DNA of 64,000 bases from an uncultured Verrucomicrobiae bacterium (GTDB taxonomy: Bacteria > Chlamydiota > Chlamydiia > Chlamydiales > Rhabdochlamydiaceae). The stretch is from the NCBI GenBank assembly GCA_963813135.1, contig CAWEXY010000011.1, positions 195,399 to 259,398 of the forward strand, in the 5' to 3' direction. Below the pieces are notes generated by a model. The model did not search any database and was not told where the DNA came from. It saw nothing but the letters and a program-made list of their open reading frames with translations. Position numbers and translations under genes: made by a program. Below, piece by piece: positions 28,683 through 38,853 of the stretch (positions are counted from its first letter, which is position 1; the number at the start of each line of letters is the position of its first letter).

Positions 28683-28754
28683 TTAGATTTTACTTGGGGC
28701 GAAATTGATTTTTCTGAGGAAGAGATAGTTAAACACGCACCTGCATGTGACTAA
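28683..28754 (+). pseudogene. Diverged dusB 3'-end remnant (MITE-free allele)
   Basis: Encodes LDFTWGEIDFSEEEIVKHAPACD*, versus LDFTWDEIDFSEEEVIENAAGCDI* for native dusB with the MITE removed. Confidence 0.8.
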
Positions 28755-28882
28755 AGACTTTGCAAAAACTAGCCTTATAGTTCGTGTCAATTTAACCTCG
28801 TGTGTGTTACGATTCATTTTATATAATAAATTATGAAATTTTTCAATATGCTGAATTGCAATCAAAGTTAAAAGATTACGAA

Positions 28883-30601
28883 ATGGCAAATATTTCTTTC
28901 AATTCGATGATTGGAAATTTGAATCAAGCTATTTATGACGTTCATTATACTGTTCATGGCGGCTTATTTAAGAAGGATTATCAACAACTATTGATCGAGT
29001 TGAGATTGCTTCAAGGCAAGGATGTTTTATTGCCACGTACCTATCAGGCAAATGTTTTAGAGCCTTTTATCAAATTTTTAGAAACCCTAGGAAAAGACCA
29101 ATTCGATAAGATATTTAATGAAGACGAAGAAAAGATCTCCGTCCAGGAACGAAATCAAAAAAAAATCATCGAAGAAGTTGCTGAGGCTCTTTTACAAAGA
29201 AATCACCAGCACAAATACTATCTTTCTTCATTTAAGGATTTACAAGCTTTTCAAGCGGTTGTTACAACAATTTATGATGATATTCGTAATAGTAAAGTTC
29301 ATCAATTGGTTCAAAATACCATCGCTCCTTTGGCTAAATGGGGAAATCGTAAGGGACCTTATACTTTTCCAAAAGAAAAGACATCGAAAGTGAATGTTCA
29401 AGTGGGAATCGTAAATCTTCCACCGGAATATCGGAATGGTGGATTATTGGCTTGGTCATCCATAGGCCATGAAGTGGCAGGACATAACATTTTACATTCC
29501 CATCCTGAATTAATCTCGCAGCTCAAGGAAGCTATTCGTGAAGCTATTAGAAACAAATGTACCGCAGCTAAAGAGAAAGACGTTTTGGCAAATTATTGGT
29601 GTGCCTGTACTGACGAAATAGCCTCAGATGTGCTTGGAATATTAAACACAGGACCTTCCTTTGGCATCGGTTTTGTTGGATATATTAGAGGTAAACGAGG
29701 AGGTAAATTACAGTCGTCAGGACCTTTGCACTCATCAGAAATAACTCCTAGAAAGTCATTACAGCTTTTTTCAGAAGATGACAAATCGGTGAATATTTTC
29801 GTTGATCGGTTGAGTGATAACATTACAGTTGAAAAAGAAGCAGGGACTTTTGGTTTTCTAGAACCTAAAGAAAAAAAACCTTTGAAGTACGAAAAGATTT
29901 TTTTTCCTGTTGGAAGGCACCCGCTAGATATTTTAAGACCTTTTGCGATGACAAAAATTATCGAATTATTAGATTATTCCTCACCTTGGAAGCTTCTAAT
30001 TGAAGACGAAGTTGTAAAAGATTTTGAAAACTCAAATGAAATTACATTTAAAAGTTTAAAAACATCTTCAGGTGTTCCATGCATTGAACAATTAAAAATA
30101 CCAAGAGGGTTGGCGATAGAGACAGCAAAAATAACTGCTGAAGCAATTGCAAAAACTCCATTAACATGCTTGAATAGTCGGTGTCTTATGGATGCTGTCA
30201 CATGGACTGAGGAAGATGAAATTCTCGTTAGTGAGATCGGAAAAGCAATCAAAGATGAACATGTTAAGCATCTGCCACCTCTTCCAATTAAAGGAAGATT
30301 TTATGCGAGACACATTGTTGCGGCTTCGATATTAGAATCTGTTAATAAAAATTCAGATATTGAGATGATTTTTAACAAAATGAAACTCTATTTGGTCGAA
30401 GCTTATGGTAAAATTTCCATTTGGAATTCCGAAGTTAAAGAAAGCGGAGAACCTTTTACAAAATCTACCGGTTGGGTCCAAGAAATAACTCGTCCTGCAA
30501 ATTTACTCAACCCCCGGAATGGACATTCTCGTGTCAACTGTCCTTTACCCCAAAATCCTAGGTTTCTCAAAGGTCTAGTAGTTTTGCCTGAAGCTTTATA
30601 A
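28883..30601 (+). CDS. Hypothetical protein with zincin-like metallopeptidase motifs
   Basis: IGHEVAGHNILH, DEIASDVLG, RHPLDILR; start chosen at MANISF. Confidence 0.65.
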   Translation: MANISFNSMIGNLNQAIYDVHYTVHGGLFKKDYQQLLIELRLLQGKDVLLPRTYQANVLEPFIKFLETLGKDQFDKIFNEDEEKISVQERNQKKIIEEVAEALLQRNHQHKYYLSSFKDLQAFQAVVTTIYDDIRNSKVHQLVQNTIAPLAKWGNRKGPYTFPKEKTSKVNVQVGIVNLPPEYRNGGLLAWSSIGHEVAGHNILHSHPELISQLKEAIREAIRNKCTAAKEKDVLANYWCACTDEIASDVLGILNTGPSFGIGFVGYIRGKRGGKLQSSGPLHSSEITPRKSLQLFSEDDKSVNIFVDRLSDNITVEKEAGTFGFLEPKEKKPLKYEKIFFPVGRHPLDILRPFAMTKIIELLDYSSPWKLLIEDEVVKDFENSNEITFKSLKTSSGVPCIEQLKIPRGLAIETAKITAEAIAKTPLTCLNSRCLMDAVTWTEEDEILVSEIGKAIKDEHVKHLPPLPIKGRFYARHIVAASILESVNKNSDIEMIFNKMKLYLVEAYGKISIWNSEVKESGEPFTKSTGWVQEITRPANLLNPRNGHSRVNCPLPQNPRFLKGLVVLPEAL

Positions 30602-30651
30602 AGGTATAATTTTCCAGGTATTTGAAAGTAAATTTTCCAATAAATGGCTTT

Positions 30652-31071
30652 TTAAGCTGGATTGTATAAATTTAGCTGAATCACTTTTTCAAAATAGGGG
30701 TCTTTCCCAATGCCATTGCTAATTTCTATTCGCCAAGAGCCTTGTGGTTCGAGATTTCTTAAAATTCTTTCTTGTTCTGTAATTGGCAATTCAGAAAGCT
30801 TTTTATCCGGGGTGCGAGGTGAAAATATTCCTTTCCTCTCTTCTTTCAAGCCTTTTACCTTTTCAGAAGTTGACATCATTTCAGCGTTTATTTTATCTCC
30901 TGAAAGAGATGAAATTTCTTTCCAATTCCCACGGTCAAAAGCAAATATTTTTGCTTGAATTGTTTGAGGATTTCCTTCCTCTTGCTGGAATTCAATTTTT
31001 CTATTTGGCTCGCTTCCGGCTCCATAAAAATATCTATATTCCGCTACGTTAATTATCCTGCCCATTAGCAA
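30652..31071 (-). CDS. Hypothetical protein
   Basis: 139-aa ORF with RBS GAGGAGG. Confidence 0.65.
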   Translation of the reverse strand: MLMGRIINVAEYRYFYGAGSEPNRKIEFQQEEGNPQTIQAKIFAFDRGNWKEISSLSGDKINAEMMSTSEKVKGLKEERKGIFSPRTPDKKLSELPITEQERILRNLEPQGSWRIEISNGIGKDPYFEKVIQLNLYNPA

Positions 31072-31194
31072 CCTCCTCTTTCGTTTTGGGCGAATTTTAA
31101 TTTGTCTATGACTTTATTGCACGTTAAATTTAAATAGTAAAACTGTTATAAACAGATTTCCCAGAGTATAGTTGGTGCTGCACAGAATCTGAGA

Positions 31195-31821
31195 CTATCG
31201 AGGTTTTTTGACGATGGAATTTTGATTTTCAAATGAAGAGAAGAAAACGTGGAGTTTGTCGAGGGCTTTGCGGCGGTGCGAGATGCGGTTTTTGAGCATC
31301 TCTTCGATTTGCGCAAAGGTTTTTCCGTATTCGTGTTTGATGAAAAGGCTGTCGTAGCCAAAGCCGCGGCTTCCTTTTTCTTCCGTGGTGATATTTCCTT
31401 CGCAAAGGCCGCGGACGCATTTTTGGAGGCCTTCGGGCGAGGCGATCGCAAGAAAACATTCGAAGTAAGCTTGGCGGTTGGGATCCGCTAGGTCGCGCAT
31501 TTCACGCAGCAGCTTGTGTCGATTTTCGGCATCGGTGGCGTGTTCGCCTGCAAATCGGGCCGAAACGACGCCAGGAGCGCCGCCAAGGGCGGGAACGACG
31601 AGGCCGGAATCATCGGCAATCACCCAGCGCCTCAGCTCTTTGGCAGCATGCAGAGCTTTTAGCTTGGCGTTTTCTTCAAAGGAACGGCCTGTTTCTTCAG
31701 GGGGTTTATAGTTGGGGAAGTCATGCAGGGAAAGAATATCGAATTGAGGATATGCCTTGAGCATCGCGCGGAGTTCGCGGATCTTGTGCACGTTCCGGCT
31801 GGCAATGACTAGTTCCATCAC
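31195..31821 (-). CDS. rdgB: Non-canonical purine NTP pyrophosphatase (RdgB/HAM1)
   Basis: [43 protein letters not shown]. Confidence 0.95.
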   Translation of the reverse strand: MMELVIASRNVHKIRELRAMLKAYPQFDILSLHDFPNYKPPEETGRSFEENAKLKALHAAKELRRWVIADDSGLVVPALGGAPGVVSARFAGEHATDAENRHKLLREMRDLADPNRQAYFECFLAIASPEGLQKCVRGLCEGNITTEEKGSRGFGYDSLFIKHEYGKTFAQIEEMLKNRISHRRKALDKLHVFFSSFENQNSIVKKPR

Positions 31822-33980
31822 TACTTAAAATAGCTGCGGATGCTAGTAATTGTAAACTCTTCTCCTTGAAATTTGAAAGATTCCCCAACTTTTAGCCCTT
31901 TCATCGATTGGGCGAGCTTGGATTGGAAAGAGAGGATGAGCTGTTCGGCGTCGGCGTCCCAGGGTCCAAGAAGTGTGTAAATCGCCACTTTTCCTTTTTC
32001 GCTTTTGCATTCGACGACGCAACCAACTCCGACTTCATCGGTAGAGACATCCGCCTCGGTCAAGACGCGTGCTTTATTGGCCTGGTCTGAAAGCGACTTG
32101 AGCTCAGATTGCAGGCGGTCGCGTTTCGCAAGGGCTGCTTTGAACTCGGCATTTTCTTTTAAGTCGCCGTGGGCTCTTGCTGTCTCGATTTCTTTCGCCG
32201 TTTCGATCGTCTCCACGGTCGCGATTTGTTCCATCCGTTCTTTCGCTTTGCGAAACCCTTGTTCTGTCGTCCAGATCACATTGTTTTCTGCAGAAGATTC
32301 CGACTTTTTACGGAGGGAAGGGTGGACAACTTCGGCAAGGGAGTGGAGAATTTTAATGTCATGATCAGAGAGAGAATGGCATTTTGTCGCGAGGAGTAAA
32401 AATTCCTGCGTTATGGGCAAGGGGGCGCCTTGGAAAATATTTCGCACGATGGAAAACCGTTCGCCTGTGAGGAGGCTGTTCATCTTTTTGACCAGCTCTT
32501 TTTGCGTTCCTATCTGCTCAAGATGGCTTAAGAGGACGAAAAACCCTTCCATGAATCGGCATTTGCCCTCCTTGTCGGCATAAGGGGCTTTGGGATCGGA
32601 CATGATCTTTTGGAAATACCAAATGAACAGTTCTGGGAAGCGGCTGGGATGGACCCATAGATCTTCCAATTTACGTTTTAGATCGGGCAGCGTCTCAGGG
32701 TTGAGAAGCTCGGTGAAAAGATAATCGCGTAAAGGATTTTGTACGGCAGTGAAGAGGAGGTTGAGAAAAAGCTCCTTCCAATCAGGACGCACTTTACGGA
32801 TGACCATCAAAACCCGTTTTTTAAGGGAGTGGATATCGATCGATTGAACGAGGGCCTCGAGCGATTTGGCATTTTGAATGATGGCTGCGATCTTCCCATT
32901 TCCTTTTTGCCCTGATACATCTTCCAAAAGAAACAGCAATTGCAGCTGCTGCGCTTCGGTCAGATCTGTGAGGCTAAGGGCTTCGTCGATTTTGGCCTGG
33001 ATGGCGGATTTGAAATCGGGATTTTTTAAAGTTTCTGGAAAATCGCGCAAAAACGCGTAAATCATGGGAATAAAAGCAGGAACATCGGGCTTGCTTTCAA
33101 GCGCTTTAAGAAATCTTTCTTCGTGCGAGACTTCAGAGCGGCGCAAAATAAATTGCCCTTGAAGGTCTTCGGGAGTCTCGATCATGGTGTCTTTTTTTAT
33201 TTTCCCGCGCGCTCCCTGCCACCACTTGGCCCAATCTTCTTCCGGAATGACGAGCTCGCAAAGCTCGTTTTTAATTTCAGACGCTGTTTTGGGCCCTAGG
33301 TCGCGGAGCAAAATGCGGATGACTTCGATGGGATTTTCTTTGGCTTTTCCCTCGAGCAGATCGGCGCTGCCGAACCGCAGAGCAAGGAAATGATCATCAG
33401 GAATGGGGACGAGTGTTTTAAAGGCGTTGGAAAAGGAGAGATCTTTTTTGCCGGGAACATTTTCAAATTCGACGCTGAGCTGTTCGCGGATAAAAGAAAC
33501 GTCCATGATTTCGCCGACGCCCCACCCGCCAGTATGGAAAACAAACTTGCCCTTCTCCATATGGTTGAGTAATTCAAAGTGGCTTACAGCGCCCTGGAAA
33601 TTTTCCTTTCCGCGCAAACCAACGAGGCGAAGTTTTTCGTTATAGTTTTTAACGGTGGACCAACGGTTTTGGATGTAGCTGAAAACCATTTGGCGCAATT
33701 CTTCATTGTTGGTAGTTACAAGGTCGATGATGAGTTTAAAGAGGTTGTGTTTGGGGCTTCCTTCGGGAAGCTTTTCCCAAAGAGGAAGGATTTTTTCGAC
33801 ATATTTGCCAAAGGGCTCGCCGAATTCTGATGTTTGAGTGGCTTTTAAAATATCGAAGAGTTCTTGGGGGTCTACTTCGTCGCTTGCACAATATTCCTCC
33901 CATAGGCGGAGGAAGGCTGGATAATCGCGCTCAGCGATTTTATGTAGAAAATCTTTTAAATAACTCATCAAAATCTCCAT
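31821..33980 (-). CDS. greA: Transcription elongation factor GreA, long chlamydial form
   Basis: C-terminal ARAHGDLKENAEF..LGPWDAD..SFQSKLAQ; N-terminal extension of about 560 aa typical of Chlamydiae. Confidence 0.92.
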   Translation of the reverse strand: MEILMSYLKDFLHKIAERDYPAFLRLWEEYCASDEVDPQELFDILKATQTSEFGEPFGKYVEKILPLWEKLPEGSPKHNLFKLIIDLVTTNNEELRQMVFSYIQNRWSTVKNYNEKLRLVGLRGKENFQGAVSHFELLNHMEKGKFVFHTGGWGVGEIMDVSFIREQLSVEFENVPGKKDLSFSNAFKTLVPIPDDHFLALRFGSADLLEGKAKENPIEVIRILLRDLGPKTASEIKNELCELVIPEEDWAKWWQGARGKIKKDTMIETPEDLQGQFILRRSEVSHEERFLKALESKPDVPAFIPMIYAFLRDFPETLKNPDFKSAIQAKIDEALSLTDLTEAQQLQLLFLLEDVSGQKGNGKIAAIIQNAKSLEALVQSIDIHSLKKRVLMVIRKVRPDWKELFLNLLFTAVQNPLRDYLFTELLNPETLPDLKRKLEDLWVHPSRFPELFIWYFQKIMSDPKAPYADKEGKCRFMEGFFVLLSHLEQIGTQKELVKKMNSLLTGERFSIVRNIFQGAPLPITQEFLLLATKCHSLSDHDIKILHSLAEVVHPSLRKKSESSAENNVIWTTEQGFRKAKERMEQIATVETIETAKEIETARAHGDLKENAEFKAALAKRDRLQSELKSLSDQANKARVLTEADVSTDEVGVGCVVECKSEKGKVAIYTLLGPWDADAEQLILSFQSKLAQSMKGLKVGESFKFQGEEFTITSIRSYFK

Positions 33981-34038
33981 GAGATGACCTCGTCGGACTG
34001 AGTATAGAGCTCCTCCTATTTCACTTCAACCACACAAT

Positions 34039-35349
34039 CTATGACAAAGAAATTTTTGGAAAACGACGGATGAGATAGAGAGGGTAGTTGTAAATATTTC
34101 CATCATGTTTAACATTCATCAATGTTGTCCGAGTGAGCTTTGACGGGGCATATTTATTGCCGTATATGAGAAGGCTCTTTTTTTTCTGGCTGATTCCAGC
34201 TTTTGCTTCCAACGGATAAATTTGATGATCTCCTTCGACTAAAAAATCGATTTCTGCTGTGCCGGGGCTGGCCCAGTAGTAAAGCCCGCGCCCTGATGCT
34301 GCGATCAGCTCTTGGGCAACAAGATTTTCTGTTAACGCCCCTTTAAATTCAGTAAATAGAGTGTTTCCTTCAATAACCGCATGAGGAGAAAGACTGCTTT
34401 GCGCGCCTAGCAGGCCGACATCTAATAAGAAGATTTTGAATGTGTCTGTATCAGCATAAGCGCTGAGAGGAAATTTAGGAGACTCGACGAAATGACTTTT
34501 GTGAATGAGGCCCGCATCGACAAGCCATTGTATGGCCTCTTCATAATCTCGGCCTCTAGCGCTTTGTCTTATAGCTGCAAAAATGAATTTTTTATTTTCT
34601 TTTGCCAATTGTCGATGAATTTGCTTCCAAACAGTTGTGATTTTCATGATTTCATGCGGAGGAGCATGTTTGGCAAAATCTTTCTCATAGGCGCTTAGAA
34701 TTTCCGATTGAACTTCTCGGACGACCTGTAATTTTTCTGTTTTTACATATTCTGCGACAGCCTCAGGCATTCCGCCTACAAACAAATATAATTTCAATAA
34801 CTGAATCAGTTTTTCATGTAGAGGGGATGGTAGCGGTTCATAAGAAGAATATTCTTCTAAAAAGACTCGAAGTTTTTCATTATCAGTGGCAGAAAGAAAT
34901 TCAAAAAAACATAGAGGATAGAGATGCAAAAAGTTAACTTTACCTACTGGAAATCCTTCTTCCTGCGCCACTTTAACTCCAAGCAGAGAGCCTGCTGTTG
35001 CGATGTGGTATGCGCCTGCTTCCTCGCAAAAATATTTCAAACTATTGAGAGCTTTGGGGCATTCTTGAATTTCATCAAAAATCATTAGGGTGTTCTGCGG
35101 CTCTATATCAACGTTTGCATGGATGCTGAGAACTTTGATAAGTTGTTTAGGATCTAAAGTGCCAGTAAAGTAGTCGGCCAGTTTCTCGTCTTTTTCAAAA
35201 TTCAAATAGGCCGTTTTCTTATAGGAGGTTTTACCGAAATGCTTCAACGCATAAGTCTTTCCAACTTGTCTTGCCCCATTGATTATTAAGGGTTTGCGGC
35301 GTGAAGATTGTTTCCACTCTTCTAGTGCAGAATAGATATCGCGTTTCAT
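34039..35349 (-). CDS. AAA_14 ATPase with DUF4143 / PD-(D/E)XK-like C-terminus
   Basis: GARQVGKT, IFDEIQ, GSLLG, GGMPE, DVGLL, GALTEN, EIDFLV..PLEAK. Confidence 0.9.
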   Translation of the reverse strand: MKRDIYSALEEWKQSSRRKPLIINGARQVGKTYALKHFGKTSYKKTAYLNFEKDEKLADYFTGTLDPKQLIKVLSIHANVDIEPQNTLMIFDEIQECPKALNSLKYFCEEAGAYHIATAGSLLGVKVAQEEGFPVGKVNFLHLYPLCFFEFLSATDNEKLRVFLEEYSSYEPLPSPLHEKLIQLLKLYLFVGGMPEAVAEYVKTEKLQVVREVQSEILSAYEKDFAKHAPPHEIMKITTVWKQIHRQLAKENKKFIFAAIRQSARGRDYEEAIQWLVDAGLIHKSHFVESPKFPLSAYADTDTFKIFLLDVGLLGAQSSLSPHAVIEGNTLFTEFKGALTENLVAQELIAASGRGLYYWASPGTAEIDFLVEGDHQIYPLEAKAGISQKKKSLLIYGNKYAPSKLTRTTLMNVKHDGNIYNYPLYLIRRFPKISLS

Positions 35350-35392
35350 AATCTCAGACTAAAGGTTTTTTATGAAAAAGACAAGTATTCCT

Positions 35393-35458
35393 TAGCAAAA
35401 CGTGTAATGTGACCACGTTTTTCCATGGAAAAACGTGGTCACATTACACGTTTTGCTA
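35393..35458. repeat. Perfect 66-bp palindrome upstream of the AAA/DUF4143 gene
   Basis: TAGCAAAACGTGTAATGTGACCACGTTTTTCCA|TGGAAAAACGTGGTCACATTACACGTTTTGCTA. Confidence 0.95.
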
Positions 35459-35470
35459 GGGAAAATTACA

Positions 35471-35483
35471 TAAGTCATTGATT
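35471..35483 (-). promoter_or_regulatory. IHF consensus site
   Basis: AATCAATGACTTA matches WATCAANNNNTTR. Confidence 0.55.
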
Positions 35484-35543
35484 ATAAGCAGTCTTCTAAA
35501 AACGCCTTGAAAAATCATAGGAAATCCTCTACTCTCCTTACCC

Positions 35544-37649
35544 ATGCTTCGCTGGTCGTACGCACTAATTTTATTTTCAATCTTAAATGCCTCCGATCTT
35601 TTCGATGATTTAGCGTTGGTAGACGAAATTGATAAAAAACATTTGGACCGTCTTCCGTTTATTTATAACTTCTCCATGATCGGCGGATACTTCAACATGC
35701 CGTCAGGGCGCGTCGCAGAAGAAGGGACGACAGGATTCGGCGCGGCGAGGGCCCATCCCTATAACGTCTATGGGCTCAATTTTCAGTATTTCGATCGGAT
35801 TGAGCTGGCCCTGAACTACCGCATTTTTACAGGAGTGATGGAAAAGAATTTTGGCCATCACGGGTTCGGCAACGACGCGGAACGGATTGCGAATGGGAAA
35901 ATTGTTTTAAACCTTCCGTCCGATGGCTTTCCCGATTTCCCTTCGTTTGCGATAGGAGCGGATGACTTCATTGGCACCAAAAGGTTCAATTCGGAATATG
36001 TCCTGCTGACGAAGGAATGGCTCCCCGCCAATTTAGAAATGACGCTCGGCTGGGGGCGTAAGAGGATCAAGGGATTTTTTGGAGGCGTGGCCTGGACGCC
36101 GCTGCGCAAGGTGCATGCGCCCATTTTAAGCGACATCACATTCGTCGCGGAGTACGATGCCATCGATTATAAAAATCATCCGCATGAGCATCCCAAAGGG
36201 AGGGATGTGGGCAGCCGCATCAATGCCGGGGCGAGCTATGTGGCGGGAGATATGTTTCAGCTATCGGTGAGTTCTTTGCGAGGCCAGCATCTAGGAGCAT
36301 CCGCTTCGATGCGCTATCCTCTAGGGACGACGACAGGCTTTATCAAAAAAACGCAGGACCCCCTCTATTACCGCTCGCCGATCGATACGGAGCCTCTGGG
36401 CATGATCCGGCCGAAAAAAACATTTGCCCATGAGCTGGGGTACGCGCTTGGGGCAGAGCGGATCGATCTCTATAGCGTGCGCATCACGGCGGACAACACG
36501 CTCTGGATCAAGATCGTGAACAACGCCTATCGAGAAGAGAGCATTATGCGAGAGCGGTTGGAGCGCATCCTTGCCGCGCTGACGCCTTCCGATATCCACC
36601 AAGTGATCGTAGTGGATGAAGCGGACGGCGTCGCAGCGCAAGCGTATGTGTTTCGCACGGAAGATCTGTACCGGTACCGGCAAAAACAAATCGGTAAATA
36701 TGAAATGGAGGCGCTCAGTCCGCTGCGCGATGTTGTTAAAGCTCCGCCTCATAGCGAGCTCCTCTACCATCGTACAAAGCCTATCTGGACTTTTACCGTG
36801 CAGCCCCGGTTCTTATCGTTTTTTGGAAGCTCTAGCGGAAAGTTCAAATACAACGTTGGCGTTATCGCTCGCCCCGAGGGATATCTTTTCGACGAAATCT
36901 ACTACGAGACGCAAGTCGGCTACCAAATCAAATCGAGCCTGTATGATGTCAGAGATGTCGATCGCCTCAACCCGTCGCAGCTTCCCAACGTCCGCACGGA
37001 CACCATTCGATATTTTCAATCGAACACGTTTGATCTGGAGATGGCTTACTTGCAAAAGAGCTTTAACGTCGGCAAGGGTTGGTTTTTTCGCCTTGCGGGA
37101 GGATATTTCGAAGCGGCTTATGGCGGGGCCGCAACGGAGCTCTTGTATTATCCGATCGATACTTCAGGAGATTCTTCTTGGGCGATCGGTTTTGAAGAGG
37201 CCACGGTTTTGAAAAGACGTTATAAGGGCCTTGCTTTCACCCGCAAAATACGCCGGCTCAAAGGCCATAAGCCCACCTATGAACACTTCATCGGTGTTCA
37301 ATATTTTTTTGATCTCTATTACACGTTAAAGCCGTGGAACCTCGATCTCAAAATGATGGCAGGACAATTTTTAGCTAAAGACAGGGGGGTTCGCTTTGAG
37401 ATGACCAGGTGGTTCCCGAGCGGGCTCAACGTTTCCCTATGGTATACCATCACGAATGGGCATGATAAACTCAATGGCGGCATCTACCATGACAAGGGCT
37501 TTGCCTTTGGCATCCCGCTCGATTTTTTCTTGAGGCGCTCGAGCCGCACCTACGCGGGCTATGCCATGTCGGCCTGGCTAAGGGATGTGGGAGCTTTTGC
37601 CGATAGCGGAAGGCAGCTCTACAACACCCTTCGTCTAGAAAGAAAATAG
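35544..37649 (+). CDS. YjbH/GfcD-family outer-membrane protein (exopolysaccharide-related)
   Basis: Signal peptide; GYFNMPSGR, AIGADDFIGT..FNSEY, GYFEAAYGG, GQFLAKDRG, DKGF.FGIPLD. Confidence 0.85.
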   Translation: MLRWSYALILFSILNASDLFDDLALVDEIDKKHLDRLPFIYNFSMIGGYFNMPSGRVAEEGTTGFGAARAHPYNVYGLNFQYFDRIELALNYRIFTGVMEKNFGHHGFGNDAERIANGKIVLNLPSDGFPDFPSFAIGADDFIGTKRFNSEYVLLTKEWLPANLEMTLGWGRKRIKGFFGGVAWTPLRKVHAPILSDITFVAEYDAIDYKNHPHEHPKGRDVGSRINAGASYVAGDMFQLSVSSLRGQHLGASASMRYPLGTTTGFIKKTQDPLYYRSPIDTEPLGMIRPKKTFAHELGYALGAERIDLYSVRITADNTLWIKIVNNAYREESIMRERLERILAALTPSDIHQVIVVDEADGVAAQAYVFRTEDLYRYRQKQIGKYEMEALSPLRDVVKAPPHSELLYHRTKPIWTFTVQPRFLSFFGSSSGKFKYNVGVIARPEGYLFDEIYYETQVGYQIKSSLYDVRDVDRLNPSQLPNVRTDTIRYFQSNTFDLEMAYLQKSFNVGKGWFFRLAGGYFEAAYGGAATELLYYPIDTSGDSSWAIGFEEATVLKRRYKGLAFTRKIRRLKGHKPTYEHFIGVQYFFDLYYTLKPWNLDLKMMAGQFLAKDRGVRFEMTRWFPSGLNVSLWYTITNGHDKLNGGIYHDKGFAFGIPLDFFLRRSSRTYAGYAMSAWLRDVGAFADSGRQLYNTLRLERK

Positions 37650-37672
37650 AAAGAAGAGTATCATAGCATCCT

Positions 37673-38722
37673 ATGAAAAAATTATTATTTTGCCTGTTGA
37701 TCCCCTTATTTCTCGCGAGCGAGCCCAAAATTGAAATCGTTGCTCCGTTCCACAATCTTACGAATGAGCGCGAACAGTTAACAAACATGCTCAAAGAAAA
37801 AGGTTTTGCTGCAACCGTCGTCCCCACCGATCTTTCCCACTATGATGGCCTAAAGAAAAAGGAAGGGCGCTTAGGACGGCTGCAGCGGAAATTTTCGCTC
37901 GACTTTCCGCATAAGATCGAGCCCGATAAAGATGTGGCCAAAATAGTTTTTTGGAATATTACTTATCCCTATCGGCGAAAGCTCAGCCTCGAAAAGCTTC
38001 CCAAGGATCGCATGGTGTTGTTTGTTTGGGAACCTCCTACGCTTTTTCCTAAAATGTTTTCTAAAAACATGCCCAAATATTTTTCCCGGATCTACACCTG
38101 GGAAGACGATGTGATCGACAACAAAACTTATTTCAAATTTTACTATCCTGTTCTTCAGGCGATGAGAAATAATCTTCCTTCATTTGAAGAAAAGAAGTTT
38201 TGTACGCTCGTCGCAGGCAATCCTCCCGGAAAATTCTATAGACGTAAGGGCGAGCTCTACTCAGAGCGCGTGCGTGCGATTGATTTCTTCGAAAAAGTCG
38301 GCGAGAAGGGTTTTGAACTCTACGGACGCGGTTGGGATAAAGAGAAGCACCCCGCTTATTTAGGAAAAGCCGGGGACAAGATAGAAACGATCAAAAACTA
38401 CCGCTTCGCCATCTGTTATGAAAATACAGGTACATCCAATGGGTATGTGACAGAAAAAATCTTCGACTGCTTTGCCGCGGGAATTATTCCTGTCTATTTA
38501 GGCGCGCCCAATATCGAAAAATATGTTCCTAAAACGTGCTTCATCGACCGCCGCGATTTTGCCTCGATGGAAGATCTCTACGCGTTTATGAAGGCCATGA
38601 CCCAAGAAGAATACAACACATATTTGCAAAGCATCCGCGCGTTTCTTTGCTCTGAGCAAGCCCATCTTTTTTCTCGAGAGAACTTTGATCAGATCTTCTT
38701 CGATGCCGTGACCGTGAAATAA
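37673..38722 (+). CDS. Glycosyltransferase family 10 (alpha-1,3/4-fucosyltransferase-like)
   Basis: YRFAICYENT...GYVTEKIFDCFAAGIIPVYLGAPNI. Confidence 0.88.
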   Translation: MKKLLFCLLIPLFLASEPKIEIVAPFHNLTNEREQLTNMLKEKGFAATVVPTDLSHYDGLKKKEGRLGRLQRKFSLDFPHKIEPDKDVAKIVFWNITYPYRRKLSLEKLPKDRMVLFVWEPPTLFPKMFSKNMPKYFSRIYTWEDDVIDNKTYFKFYYPVLQAMRNNLPSFEEKKFCTLVAGNPPGKFYRRKGELYSERVRAIDFFEKVGEKGFELYGRGWDKEKHPAYLGKAGDKIETIKNYRFAICYENTGTSNGYVTEKIFDCFAAGIIPVYLGAPNIEKYVPKTCFIDRRDFASMEDLYAFMKAMTQEEYNTYLQSIRAFLCSEQAHLFSRENFDQIFFDAVTVK

Positions 38723-38853
38723 TATCTTATTTCTAAATCTTTCTCTTATGGTATAAATATTGATCGTTTCTTGCATGAATGGATGGTGATTGAGGACTAC
38801 GCCTGGTCGCTTGCGGGGAAGGAACTCAATAAACTGCCGAAAAGGAGAAAAAT

